A stretch of 63,132 bases of DNA, the filler included, from Chrysochromulina tobinii (lineage: Eukaryota): assembly GCA_001275005.1 (NCBI GenBank). It is 8 parts of 8 records of this genome, joined end to end, with 100 filler letters (N's around TTAATTAATTAA, not from the genome) between each part and the next. Parts side by side here need not be neighbours in the genome. Positions count along the whole stretch, not along the records: positions 8,920 to 14,419 come from JWZX01001403.1; positions 14,520 to 21,606 come from JWZX01001404.1; positions 21,707 to 37,563 come from JWZX01001405.1; 5 more parts are not named here. One strand, written 5' to 3'. Within the stretch, counting starts at the first letter, position 1; each line of letters opens with the position of its first letter. The notes beneath the pieces are model-generated. The model was not told the DNA's origin, did no database searches, and saw nothing but the letters and a program-made list of their open reading frames with translations. The position numbers were made by a program, and so were the translations under genes. Positions 12,111-24,583 of the stretch are shown here, piece after piece.

Positions 12111-14419
12111 GTGCGGTCAGTGAGCCCGTGCGATTTAATCCATTATTTGGCCAAAGGCCTCACGATGCTTCAGGTACCCCGCGTGCTCAGGCGGCACTGT
12201 GGCACGGACGGATCGCGGGTCGAAGTACGGAATGCGCGGGGGGCAGTGGAGGTTCGAGTCGCGTGCGGAGCATACAGCGGAGTACAGCCCCTCGAGCAAG
12301 GCGAACAAGAAGACGTGGAGGAGTGGAATGCCCGCAGGATGGCAGCTGGCATGATCGGCATGCGCCTCCCAGCGCACCTGGAAGTGATCGACGCAGAACT
12401 CGCGGGCATGCTCATGGTCATAAGAGAGGCAGCCGCGACCACAGACGCCCACGAGCGTAGACTCCTGATCATGAGCGACTGCCTCAGCGCCCTGCGACTC
12501 GTCGAGAGAGCATGGCGAGCAAAACACAGACGTGAGTATGCAGGTAGCACACGCGGCGCGATACTCGAAGCGATATGCACCGCACGGGAGCAAATAGACA
12601 TAGCCGTGTTCATGTACGTCCCAGCCCACCGCGGGCTCGCACCAAATGCGGTAGCAGATGCAGTTGCCAAAGCCTACACACAAGCACCGTTCCCCGCAAC
12701 CGGGGTGAGCGAGATGATTCAGGAGGGAATCCGATACCGACCCATGGTACACGAGGTGCAAGTCACAATGGGCGCAAGGCACGCGTGGGAAATCTGGGAC
12801 GAACGGGCGCACACTGCGATGAAAGAAGCCACCGGATGGCACATAAGGCGCCAGATGGCCAGCAGGCAGCACGGCCGCGCTGTCCGCAACGACTGCCTCG
12901 GACCTGCGTGGGAGGCGCGACGGGAAGACCGGTGGGAGGACGTGTGGCAACGCACAGGTGCCCGCAGCAGACACGGCGGCAAAGGGAGCGGTGGCGGGAA
13001 TGCGCCAGAGGATGGCGACGAGCAAGGCGACGGCGATGCCTCACCACCGGACGACAACCCAAATACCGGCGGCGGACAACGCGAGCTAGAACGAGTGGGC
13101 ACCGTGATGGCTGCACGCGCGGGTGACCTATGGGACGCCACGCACGGAGGCACATGGGCACGAGATGAGAAGAGGGATAGAGAACACCATCAGAGACGCC
13201 GAGCATGGCGACAAGGGCGGCAGGGGTGCCCGGCATGCTGTAGCAGACAAAGAGGATGGCGATGGATCACGGGGCATGGGGGCGAGCGGGAATGGAGAGG
13301 GCCACGGGGCGAGCAGGTGACAGACGCACGCATGGCCACGTCACAGCACATCATGTGCGGCGAATGTGACGCCGTCCGGGAGGCGGAAGAACAACCCACC
13401 AAACACCTTGTAGAAGCCGTACGCCACGTGACCGCAGTCCTGGTACGCAACGAGAAGCAGCGCCATCGGAACAATCGGGAGCGCGGGGGACAGGACGCAG
13501 AGGGCAGCTGCGTGGGGGCATGGACGGTAGCACGCCACGCGGAACGCGCGATCGGACAAACAGAAGCGGGCAGAGCAGGCCCATACGCAGTGGAAGCAAT
13601 GCGCCGCCTCGTCGCCGGGGACGTACCACCGCCCAACGGAAAGGGAATCGGCAAAGCAGGGACGCACCACGTTGTGCACGCCATCCGGCGAGTTCAGGCA
13701 GCGGCAGCGCTCGTACGGCGCACCTGGAAAAAGGCGGCAGAAACGGAAACGGCGCAGCGCGCGGCAGAGGAGGCGCACCTCCCGTGGGTCAGCACTGCAT
13801 GGGGCGTCTGGGGGCGGTGCCCGAACCTACGTATCGGAGAGGACGGTGAGCCGACAGATGCAGCACTCGAGGCGGCGGCGCGAGTAGCGGAGCAAACGGC
13901 GGCGGAAGAAAGGGCGGCGGCAAAACGGAGACGCATCAGCCCGGAAAAGAACCCAAGAGAGAGGCGCCGCGCACCGGAGGCCAGGCGTGAAGCAAGGGGC
14001 GACAGGCAGGGGTGGACAATGACGCGCGCGGTCGCAGAGTGGAAGTGGCAGCAGACGAAAGAACGTATACGCGAACTCGAGGAGCGCGCAGCGTCGGGCA
14101 AGGGAACGGAGGCGGAAGCGAGGGAAATAGAGGCGATGACGGCGAGGGTGACGGCGTACGAGGCAAGCAAAGGGGGCCACCGAGCCACCCAAGCACAAGC
14201 GAACGATGCGACACGAGACACCACAACCAAAGATACGTCACAGACAGCGCCGCCGCAAGCAAACCCCACGGACGGAGAACCGGCGGCCACAGCACCGACG
14301 CCAACGGCACCAGCAGGCAAGGAAGAACCCTCGAGCGACGAAGAAAGCGAACACGACCAGGAATCGGGAGACGAGAGCACCGAAGAAGCGAGAATCGCAA
14401 TACCGCACCACACGCGCGT
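12111..14419 (+). mobile_element. Non-LTR retrotransposon fragment: RNase H plus Cys/His motif, apparently 5'-truncated
   Basis: RNase HI motifs TDGS, AELAG, IMSDCLSAL, YVPAHRG, NAVADAVAK; then CPAC...HIMCGEC; purine-rich coding strand; same layout as the element at 56815-63132. Confidence 0.75.
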
Positions 14420-14882
14420 NNNNNNNNNNNNNNNNNNNNNNNNNNNNNNNNNNNNNNNNNNNNTTAATTAATTAANNNNNNNNNNNNNNNNNNNNNNNNN
14501 NNNNNNNNNNNNNNNNNNNAGATTCTAGAAGAAGAAGGTCTAGAGGCCAGATTCCTTTGCTCGTCGCTGATGAGGCCAGATTCTCAAAGGAATCTTCTGG
14601 AATTTCTCAAATGTCGATTCCCGTCCAAATATTCTTGTGGATTCATTTCTGATTCAATAATCTAATTACATGTATGATATAATATGAACTCGAAATTAAA
14701 TAATCAACTCAATATTACAAGTCGGCGTTTTGACACATCTAAAGACATTGCGGGCGGCGGGCTCGGCAGATGTGGCAAGGGCGGCATCAAGGGCGACGGT
14801 ACACAACAGGTCTCCACCTCTCCAGACCTCCAGATACACAAGTACAAGATCTTCTCTCCAGACTGCCAGATACGCGGGCAGC

Positions 14883-17800
14883 TCACAGTTGCTCGTTGCA
14901 CATGTCATACTGTGCACGCTTCATGTAGTACATGCCGTCCTCCTCCTTGTCCCACACCAGGTCGGGGATGCCCATCAGGTGCGTCACCGCGATGCGGTCC
15001 TGCTCGGTCGGCCAGATGGCGAAGATGGCATATTCGTCGGTGAGCTCCACGAGGTTGAGCCACTCCACAGGCACGCTGAAGTGGTTCTTCACGAGCTTGC
15101 ATGGGCCACACTGCACAGTCTCCTTGTTCTTCTCCTGCGGGCCGAGCGCATTGACAAACCAGATGCTCTCCCCGTCGGCCGTCTCGTCGTCTTCATCGCC
15201 CGGCATGCTGAGCAGGTGCGTGCTGATGCCGATGCTCTGGCGGAAGCTGTCTGAGGGACCACTCCGTCTCGGCTGCTGGGGCGCGCCGCTGCCGCCTGCT
15301 TGGGTGGGCCTGACGGGCACAACGGCCCCTCTGTCAAGGTCCCCCGTCCAGCCCCTGTGGCAGCAGCTTGCGCCCGCCGCTGGCACGCAGTAACAGCCTA
15401 TCCGGCGGCGCGTGAAGGTGAAGCCGGTTTCCGCGCCAACGCCATGAAGCGTGCGGCCGCCCTCGTAGTGCTTGTACGTCATCAGGTCCTTTACGGGAGC
15501 AGCAGAGAGCTCGAGCAGGTCATCATTGTGATGGCCCTCATCAAGCGGCGTCCCCTTCTCGTCTTCGCCGTAGCGATAGTAGTAGTGGAAGTAATGGTCA
15601 GCGGCGTAATCGCGCCAACGCGCCTCGCTCTTCTCCTGCGTTAGCGGTGAGCGAGAGCGAGAGTGCGCGAGCGTGAGCACGAACACGAGCGGAAGAGCAA
15701 ACGTGAACCGTGGCGCACACACCTGCTTCGGCCCCGCCATCGCCATCGCGTTGTGCTTGGCGTGAAGGTACGCGTTGTTGATGACGGCAGAGCGGTTGCG
15801 CACGGCGCTGTGCCGGCTCTCGGTCGACAACTTGCCATAATTATCCCACGGGCCCTTGAAGTCATACTTCTCGTGGATGTCGTGCGACATGCGCACTCCA
15901 AGGTCGGCGAAGCAGCGTGCCGTGCCGTGCACCGTCTCCTTCTGCTGGTACTGGGGTATGGCTCCGTCCGTGAAGCCTAACGCCTCTTCGAGATCTGGAA
16001 GCAGCGGTGAGAAGTTTTCCTCCGTCAACTTCTCGCCCTCCTCGTGCGCGTAGTTCTTGCAGCCTGGGAGCACCTTGCCGTCGTGCCACGCAGCAAAGGC
16101 GTGCTTCACCTTGCCCGTCTTGTACATCGCGAAGATGTCCTGGTGGAAGGTGTGGTGAAACCGTGCGTTGCCTTTGTTGCGCGCGTAGCCATAGTGGACG
16201 TCTGTGCGCAGCACAACCTTATCCTCGAGGGTATTGACGCCCTTCGCGTACGTGACGACCTTGCGCGCAAAGCCCTTGGCGTCCTCCTCGTTGATCACCT
16301 CTTTCGTGTACGTGGACACCCGGCGCATCGTCGGTGAGTGCTGCACGATCGAGACGCAGACCGATCCCACGTTGGGCCTCTGGCCGGTAGCGGAGTCCTG
16401 CTGCTCGTACGACTCGCGTGCCGAGAAGTCTGTCCGAAAGTTGAGAATCTTGCCGGCCTTGTCGGTGCCTAAAGTGTGCAGGAGCTTCTCGTCCTGCAGC
16501 TTGCGGTTGCGCCACTGCCACCAGCATCGCTCGCGGTGCTCGACGTACTCCTGCGGGTGGGGGTGGCGGAGGCGAGGGCGGCAGCACAGCAAGGATCATA
16601 TCAGAGCCATCAGAGTGCCAACAGAGTGCCATCAGAGTGCCGTCAGAGTGCCATCAGAGTGCCATCAGAGTGCCATCAGAGTGCAATCAGAGTGCAATCA
16701 GAGGGTAATCAGAGGGCAATCAGAGTGCAATCAGAGTGCAATCAGAGTGCAATCAGAGTGCCCACAAGGGTAAACGCTTACCCTTATGGACTCGAGGAGG
16801 AGCTTGATGAACTCGGGGCGCGACGACTCAAAGGGCAGCATCTCCTTCGACCATTTCTCGACATCTCCCTTGGGATCGTAATCATCGTCGCCATCGTCGT
16901 CACCCGTTGCCTTCGCCTTCATGCCACGAGGGACGGGCGTCCACTTCTTTGACGCAATTTCTGTCGCACTGCCCAGCTTATTCTGCACCGGGCAGAGCTC
17001 CCAAAGCGCCAGCTTGTTCTTCATGCAGCCCTTCTTCTTGCACTCGCATGAAATGCATTCGTAGGCGAGCTGCGAGTGCGGCGCAGTGTCGCGAGTCAAG
17101 CCGCGTGTCGGGTCAAGCTGCGGAGCGCACTCGCCTCGAAAGAGGAAGGACCAAAGATCCTTCTGCGTCTTGACCTCGAAAAAGCCCGGCTCCTTGCACA
17201 CGCAGTCAGCCTTGGTGCACTTGTCGGTCTTGTACCAGCTAGGGAGCGCCTTGGTCCAGGTGGCCAAGAAGATGTTGAACTGCGTGTCGATGGAGTCGGC
17301 GCACTGCGTCATCTTCTCGTCAACCATGCACGAGCAGATGCGCTTCTGGAAGAAGGAGACGTGCACCGGCTCCCGAGGAACGCCCTCAGAGCCCTTCCTC
17401 AACAGGAACGTCTTGTACTCGGCGGATTCAAGAAAGCGCTCGCAGAGCGCCAGACGGCTGCACGGGAGCGTGCGCCGCTCGTGCTCCTCGAAGGTCACCT
17501 GGCCATCGACCTTGACGTCGCCAAACCGCCGCACCTTCTTCCCCCCCGTCGTCTGGCTGGAATCGTAACGGCAGGTCTCATGAGCCCAATTGTCAAAGAG
17601 CTCGGCGTCGTCGTCGCAAGCATCGCAGCGCCGCCTGCGCGACACCTTGAGGAGCGCCCCCACCTGCACGCGGTGCTCGAGCTCGGCGTCCATCTTGACG
17701 CGGCAATCCAGCAGGTGGCGGAAGGTGGCGTAGCGCACGCCGATCCGCCCCGCCGCCTTGGTCATCATCTTCTCCTCGAGGAGCTCCTCGCTGGTCATGG

Positions 17801-19658
17801 CCTTGACCAACAGCTCGTGTGCCGCCTGCGCCTCCGTGCTCCTCGTGCCGCCGCTGTGCGAACCAAGCTCGCGGAAGGAGGAGTCGATGTGCTCCTTGAT
17901 GAAGCGCGCCAGCGCGTCCACCATCAAGCTGTCGGCTGAACACGTTGTCTGAGAGTAGCCCAAGTGCTCGACGATGGGCCGCATCTCCGCTCGCTGCAGA
18001 AAGTGGGCAATGACGGCGATCGTCTCGTTCAGGTCGCCAGATCTCTCAAAGATCACATCGGAGACGGCCTTCGACTTGGCGACAACGTTGCCATGGCCTG
18101 AAGCCTCCGGTGCAGCTGCCAGAAGAGCCTCAAAGAGGGCGGCGGCCTTGCGTGGCGCGTCGTGCGCTACCGCGCTCACCTTCTTCATGTCCGCCTTCGC
18201 CGAGCGGCCGGCGTCCGCGAGCCCCGACGGCCTGCCCGCTCTTGGCGCCACGGCGCGAGGCCGGGCTGCGGCTCGGTGGCTACTTGATGAGGCATCGGAG
18301 TCCGAATGAGGCAGCGGCGAACCGAAGGTGCCTGGAGGAGCCCTCAGTCGTTGGAGGGACTCGGGCTCCCGCAATTGCATCTCCCATCGCTCGTGACCGC
18401 TGCGATTCGCGCTGCGAGTCCAATCTGTAGTCCAATCCGGCGTCGGCGAGCGGTCCACGTCCGCCAGCATCTCCGCCTCCAGCTGTGACTCGGTCGACTG
18501 CTGCGACTCATCCGGCACGTACTTTGGGTCGGGCTTCTGCAAGCCCGCGACAAACGTGCACAGCTCCGTCATCAACTTCATCTTCCTCGACATCGAGACG
18601 CCGCGCTGTCCGCGATAAAAGTGCGCAAGCTCTGCCTCGTCATCTGGGTGCACTGCGCCGTTGAGCGGGTCCAGCGCGCTCAGCAGAGCGCGCAGCTGCT
18701 CCGTCTTCGTCTGCAGCTCATCCTCCCACTCCTCGTCGTCCAGGCCGTCCTCGCTGCTGCTTTGCTCAGCATGCTGCTGCAGCGCCGCCATCAGCCGCGC
18801 CTGAGCATCGCCGCCGCCCTCGTCGCCGCCGCCCTCCTCGTCGCCCTCGCCCTCGCCTTCGCCCTCTCCCTCGCCCTCTTCCTCGCCGCCCTCCTCCTCA
18901 GCCTCCTCGCCGCCCTCGCCACCCTCCTCCTCCTCAACCTCCTCCTCTTCTACCACACCAAGCTCCAAGCGCCGAACCTTGCCGCCGCCCTCGGCGCCGC
19001 CGTCCTCGTAGTGCCGCCTGCCCGTCGCCCTCTCCCTCAGCTCCATGCTCTCGGGGTACGCGCTGCGATGCGCCTTGCCACGCGCCGACACGCGTCGCGT
19101 CGTCGCCGACGATGCCTGCGCCGCCATCGGCTCGGCTGCCAGAGCCATCGGCTCGGCTGCCAGAGTAGGGCAGGCCGGCGAGCACTTCAGCTTCCTGATG
19201 CGGCATTGCTCACACGATGTCCTTCGGCGACGCGCGGCGCCTTGCACGACTGCACCCATCACAACGGGTGTGTTGCTTGACCCAGCAGCATCCAGCACTG
19301 ATGCCGCCTGCTCTGGCACGGCCAACGCTACATGGCTCGACGCCGAGCTGAGAGGAAAGGACGGGAGGCACCCAGTCATTGTATCGCGCGCATCACCATT
19401 CAATTTCGGAGACTGCTCGAATTTTCCGGCCGCCTCTTCCATGCCATTCATCGACGCATCAGTCTCTTGCACTTCAAAGTCGCCGGATATCATCTCGAAG
19501 TACCGGGATAGTATTCTGACCCTTTCGAGCCCCACAGGTGGTGGCTCCCGAGGATGTGGGCGAGTTTGAAGCCACGCCGTGGCCGTGTGCTCGCGCACGC
19601 TCGCCGACTCGGTCGACACAGAGTGTGCGGAGCCGCGTTTGGCAGGTCGAGAGACCAA
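14883..19658 (-). mobile_element. Spliced DDD-type DNA transposase gene, Sola(2)-like; introns 16781-16551 and 15722-15636; start codon uncertain
   Basis: TDFS..SYEQQD, FTDGAIPQY, KGPWDNYG and RRIGCYC correspond to the DF-ENY/QD, SDG..QY, HGKG..DG and R..SC.C motifs I associate with Sola2-type transposases. Both GT-AG introns keep the frame (ESIR|EYVEH; PKQ|EKS). Confidence 0.65.
16600..16765. repeat. Intronic ~11-bp tandem repeat (ATCAGAGTGC[C/A])n
   Basis: About 14 degenerate copies inside intron 16551-16781. Confidence 0.9.
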
Positions 19659-19804
19659 GTTTGGCAGGAACCCGCTACAACGCGCCGAAAAGACCGAAAA
19701 CTTGGCCCAACGCCCATCGGGGGACCCCCTCGGGTGGTTGGGATGCGCTGGAACCAGCCCTGGAATTTTTCTAGATTACTCAAACACCTGACCGAGCATC
19801 GAAT

Positions 19805-21606
19805 GACCCCTGCACTAACAGTGAAGCAGATCCGCCCAGAGGAACTGAGCTGTGTCAAAAGCATGTGAATGCTGAATGGCGAAGAGCCCAGCTCAGCCTC
19901 GTCCCTGCGGCTATACCTTCCTGCGGCGCCTCGGACACTCGGGGCCGTCTATGTAACGATTCTGCCCGCGTGTTCAGGTCGCAGCGTGCCCTGGTTTGCC
20001 TCCCAAAAGAAGCAGCAGCGCTTCGCTGGCCCCCTTCGAGCCAATCGCCACACAACGGCAAGGCATCTGACTTGTCCATCGTGCCTCGCTGCCAAGTCGT
20101 GTCCAGATCCCACCCAGCACGCCCTGCCGGTTAGCCACGTCTAGCCACGGGTCGCCATTCCGCACACGCAAAAAGGTTTTACACGCATACACAACACAAT
20201 ATAGGCCAGCAGTGCCAGGCAAGTAGGCCTCGGGAGTTGAGTTTGTTCGCGTTGGACCCAGCGAATACGGCTCGTGGCTGTCGTGCCTGCTGCCATTCAG
20301 ATGACCGGGTGGTTCCACACCAACCGCATCGGACTTTCACCCGCAGCGATGGCCGGCATGGGGTCAGACACTGTGCAGCTATTGCAGCGCCAAGCCGGCC
20401 ACCTGAACCACAGCAAAGCCGCTAGCCGATGCGTGATCAGAAAGAACAAGGCCATCCAGAACAAGCTGTTGAATACTTTGCGAGCCTGGTCTGTGCTCTC
20501 CACCGCTGCCTCAGCGTCTGCACGACAGTGCTGGGGCTGGGCGCGCAGCACTTTCAGTCGCCCCTTGCTCGCCAGCGAGTCGGCAGCGCGCCGAGCATGT
20601 TGCTCCGCTGCAGTCCCTGCTTGCCTCGCACGGCATTGCCTCTCAGCAGCCACCATCGGAGCACTGCCGAGCACGGAGCATCCGTACTGAAGAAGGCCGT
20701 CGAAGAGCACGCTGCCGCTCCACTTGACCAGCCACATGTCCTGCGCCGCGTGCCACTCATCATCGTCCAGATGATCGGCTGACGCTGGAGGGTCGTTCGA
20801 AGCCAACGCGCGCCTCAACCGGCCGCTTGAGCATCGCGCGCTCGAGCTGATGGCGAAAAATCGCCGTGGCCTCGTGGAAACTCTCCGGTGGCGGCTTCCA
20901 AAACCGACGACAAGAGGGGACCCTGCGTCACATCTGGTGCCTGCATGGAGGCGTCATCGTCATCGGCTGCTGGCTCGCGCGGTGGGCGGACGCTCGCCAT
21001 CGATGGTACGCAAAAAGCGGACCGCTCCAGGCTTCGCAGACAACGCGAGAGAGAGTGTCCGTCCCGTCGCGTGACGGACAAAAACCGACGAAATTCGACG
21101 ACCCTTCGTCTAGACGAGCCCCGCGGCGCAAAGCGCCGCGGCGGTGAACTCAAGTCTCTACACGCATCATAATAATACAGACACAGTCACATTATCATGA
21201 CACAGTCACAGGATTTTTGTTACTGTTCGCTTACATGTAGAACATGTCCACAGGATAGACAGATCCTCATGTGAATAGCACGGATGCTCAGTAGACATTA
21301 CGGCTTAACGCCACGAAGGTTTCATTGGACACGGCGATTTGCCTCTTGTCACTTGTGCATGAAAACAGTGTAAGGTAAGCCCGCCCCTGCACTACATGTA
21401 ACGGGGAAGCAGATCCCCCAGAGGAGCTGAGCTGCATCAAAAGCATGTGAATGCTGTGAATGGCGAAGAGCCCAGCTCAGCCTGCGGCTACCTTCCTGCG
21501 GCGCCCATTGGACACTCGGGTCCGTCTATGTAAATGCCCGTGTCGGCCGTGTGTCGAGGTCGCAGCGTCCCCTCTACCCCTGCGCCCTGGTTTGCCTCCC
21601 GAAAGA
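19805..21606. repeat. Diverged ~200-bp direct repeat pair (19805-20010 and 21383-21606)
   Basis: Shared blocks GCAGATCC, CAAAAGCATGTGAATGCTG, GAATGGCGAAGAGCCCAGCTCAGCCT, GGACACTCGGG, CCCTGGTTTGCCTCCC. Confidence 0.85.
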
Positions 21607-21706
21607 NNNNNNNNNNNNNNNNNNNNNNNNNNNNNNNNNNNNNNNNNNNNTTAATTAATTAANNNNNNNNNNNNNNNNNNNNNNNNNNNNNNNNNNNNNN
21701 NNNNNN

Positions 21707-23650
21707 GAGCGCCTCAAGGTGGAGCGGATTGAGGCCGAGCGCCTCGAGAAGCAGCGGCTCGCCGCTGAGCGCCTCAAGGTGGAGCGGATTGAGGCCGAGC
21801 GCCTCGAGGAGCAGCGGCTCGCCGCTGAGCGCCTCAAGGTGGAGCGGATTGAGGCCGAACAGCGGCGTCAACAGCAGCAGCTGGCAGCACAGCTGGCAGT
21901 TGCAGCCGGAGGCGCGGCGGCGACGACGACGGTGGTAAGTGCGGACCCAGCTCGGGAAGATCTCTCGGGGCAGGCTGCAGGCGAGGCAATGATGGGTGTG
22001 GCGATGGCGATGGCGATGATGGCGATGGCGATGGCGATAGCAGCGAGAAGGCAGCGAGGCGGTAATGCTGCTTCGGCGGCCCTGACTAATGCTGCTTCGG
22101 CGGCCCTGACTGAGCCCAGCGAGGCGGCAGCCGGCGAGTCCGCCTCCATGGCTGCTGCTACTGTCGAGGCGGAGATGGCGCTCAAGACGGCGCTCAAGAA
22201 GACGAAGCGCAAGAAGAAGAAGGCCACCGGCGGCGCAACGCAGACGCTCTGGGCACCGCCAGCCTATCCTCTTGACTGGGCTCCAGCAACCCCGTCGTCT
22301 GTACCTGCCGAGAGCACCTCAAGCTCGCTGCCGCTGCCGGTGGCGTGCCAGGTGATGCCACCCCTTTCGCCCGGCTGGGTGATGGCCGCCAAGCCCAAGG
22401 GCCGCCGTTCGATCAAGAGCCGCGGCGAGGCTGAGGGAGGCAGTCCGCCGACGGCGAGCAGCCGGACGCTGCATGCGCCGCCCTCGCTCGAAGCGCTGCT
22501 TCAGTGCGCCGCGTCGGGCGAGCATGACGGGCCGGTGCAGGGCCGCGAGCAGAGCATTCGATCTGCGGAGGAGGAGGAGGGCGACGCTGCGGCGCGGGCG
22601 CGGGAACGGCGCACGGCTGATGCGGCTCTGCAGCGTGCGATCGCAGTGGGTATGCTCGCCGGCGTGCGCTTCGCCCTCTCGCGCGCGACGGCAACCGGCG
22701 TGGACGATGTACGGCTCGAGGCCGCGCGGACCTTCCTCGCGACCGCCGCCGCCGCCGCCGTGAAAGTGGCGGCGGCGCAGCCGGACGCGCCCGATGCAAC
22801 GACGGGAGCCGAGCCAGGTTCGGAGATCGTGGAGGCGACGGCGGCCCCTGAGCCACCACCCATCGAAAACTGGCTACACCATCTGGACGCCCTCGGTGCA
22901 GCCGAGGATGATGAGGCCGACAGTGATTACGGAGATGAGAAGGCCAATCAAGAGCAGGAGTTGCACGAGAAGGAAGGCGAGCCACTCGTGCACGACGGAG
23001 CAGACGACGAGGAGGACGAGGAGGAGATGGAGGAGAAGGAGCCGGAGGCGATCGAGAAGGATGTGTCGTTCGACGTGAGGGAAGCACCCACGCCCGAGGC
23101 AACGCCCGTGGGGTCCGTCACGCCCCTCCGCCTGGCGCGCACCCCTCTCGAGGAGCAGCGCTCCGATCAGCGCGTCCTCTCCGTACGCAGTGAGGTCGGG
23201 GCGATGATCGAGCCCGGCGCGGCAGGTGGCGTGCCGGCGCTCGTGTCGCTCTTTGAGACCGGTACGGGAGTAGGTCTGGCCAACCCCCTTGAGACTGTGG
23301 CATCCGTGGCCGCGCGACCGCCTGCGAAGCTCGGCATGTCCCATGCGGCTTCGTTGCGTTCCAAGCGCGCGGCGTTGCAGAAGGAGGCTGCGGACAAGGC
23401 CGCGGAGGAGGAGGCGATGCATGCCCGCGCGGAGGCCGAGAAGCCGACCGAGGATTCACCGCCCGCCGAGCTCGACGAGGACGACGAGGACGACGAGGAC
23501 GACGAGGACGAGGAGGACGAGGGCGAGGAGGACGAGGGCGAGGAGGACGAGGGCGAGGAACACGAAGTGGAGCTCGAGCTGGAGCCAGTGGTGATTGCGG
23601 ACGAAGACGACGAAGACGACGAAGACGACGAAGACGACGAAGACGACGAA

Positions 23651-23686
<36 letters not shown>

Positions 23687-24046
23687 GAGGAGGACGAGGA
23701 CGAGGAGGAGGAGGACGACGACGACGACGACGTGGACGAGGAGGACGAGGAGGACGAGGCGCGCGTGTCACCGCACTCTGCAGCCCCGCGGGCAGTGGCC
23801 ATGCAGCACGCGCGGCTGCCCAAATGGGGTATCGCGCGGATGTCCAGTTTTGGGGGCTCGCTTTCGTCGCACAGCGTGCTCAGCCCGATGAGTCTTGTGG
23901 CTCAGGCGCGCGCTCGAGTGGCGCGCGCGCGCCAGGCAAAGGGAAGCAGCCCTTTTTCTCCTCAGTCGGCCGACATGCTGTCGCCCGATATGCTGGAGAA
24001 TAAGCCGCCGCTTGACTCGCCGCGCGCGCCGGAGCTGAGCATCTGA
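21707..24046 (+). CDS. Low-complexity acidic/Ala-rich protein, 5'-truncated; N-terminal 60-bp (20-aa) tandem repeat, poly-D/E tracts
   Basis: 775-aa ORF open from the contig edge; ERLKVERIEAERLE[K/E]QRLAA repeats; one hydrophobic AM-rich segment. Confidence 0.65.
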
Positions 24047-24583
24047 GACCGTGCTGAGACGGGGCTTGCAGAAGAAGGGATACAGATGATCCAAGGATGA
24101 GCAGGTTGATGGTGCAGAAACATGTGGCATTGAGCGCGTAAGGTGCGCGGTACCTGGATCATGGAACACTTTGGACTGGAGAGCCGCGCGTGCCGCAGGA
24201 GAGAATACAGCTACAGGTGGAAGGCTTGCTAGGTGGAGGTGTTGACTCCACAGCGCACAGGCGATGCACATAGGACGGGAGAGCCGCGCAGAATGTGCGC
24301 AGACTGAGGAGCACGGGATGGCTAACCCTAAACACAGCATGAGACGTCGGTAAGTCGGGTATATATGGACACCATCTCGCATCTGTACGTTAACGCCTTG
24401 GTTAACGATTAACGCGTTGTACGCTGTACGGTTCAGGTTTCGCTAACGGTTCTTGGACGAAACCAAACGAAACGCCAACCAAAATAACAAAAATACTGCT
24501 TCGGTTCAACACAACGCGCTCGACCTCCGCTAAGGACGGGGGTTGGCCACTCTCAGATGTGCTCACGGCAACGCTCGCAAAGT

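Noticed and set aside
14520..19800. Terminal inverted repeats for the Sola-like element
   Set aside because: Only a weak TCTAGAA similarity was seen, and one end may lie beyond the contig edge.
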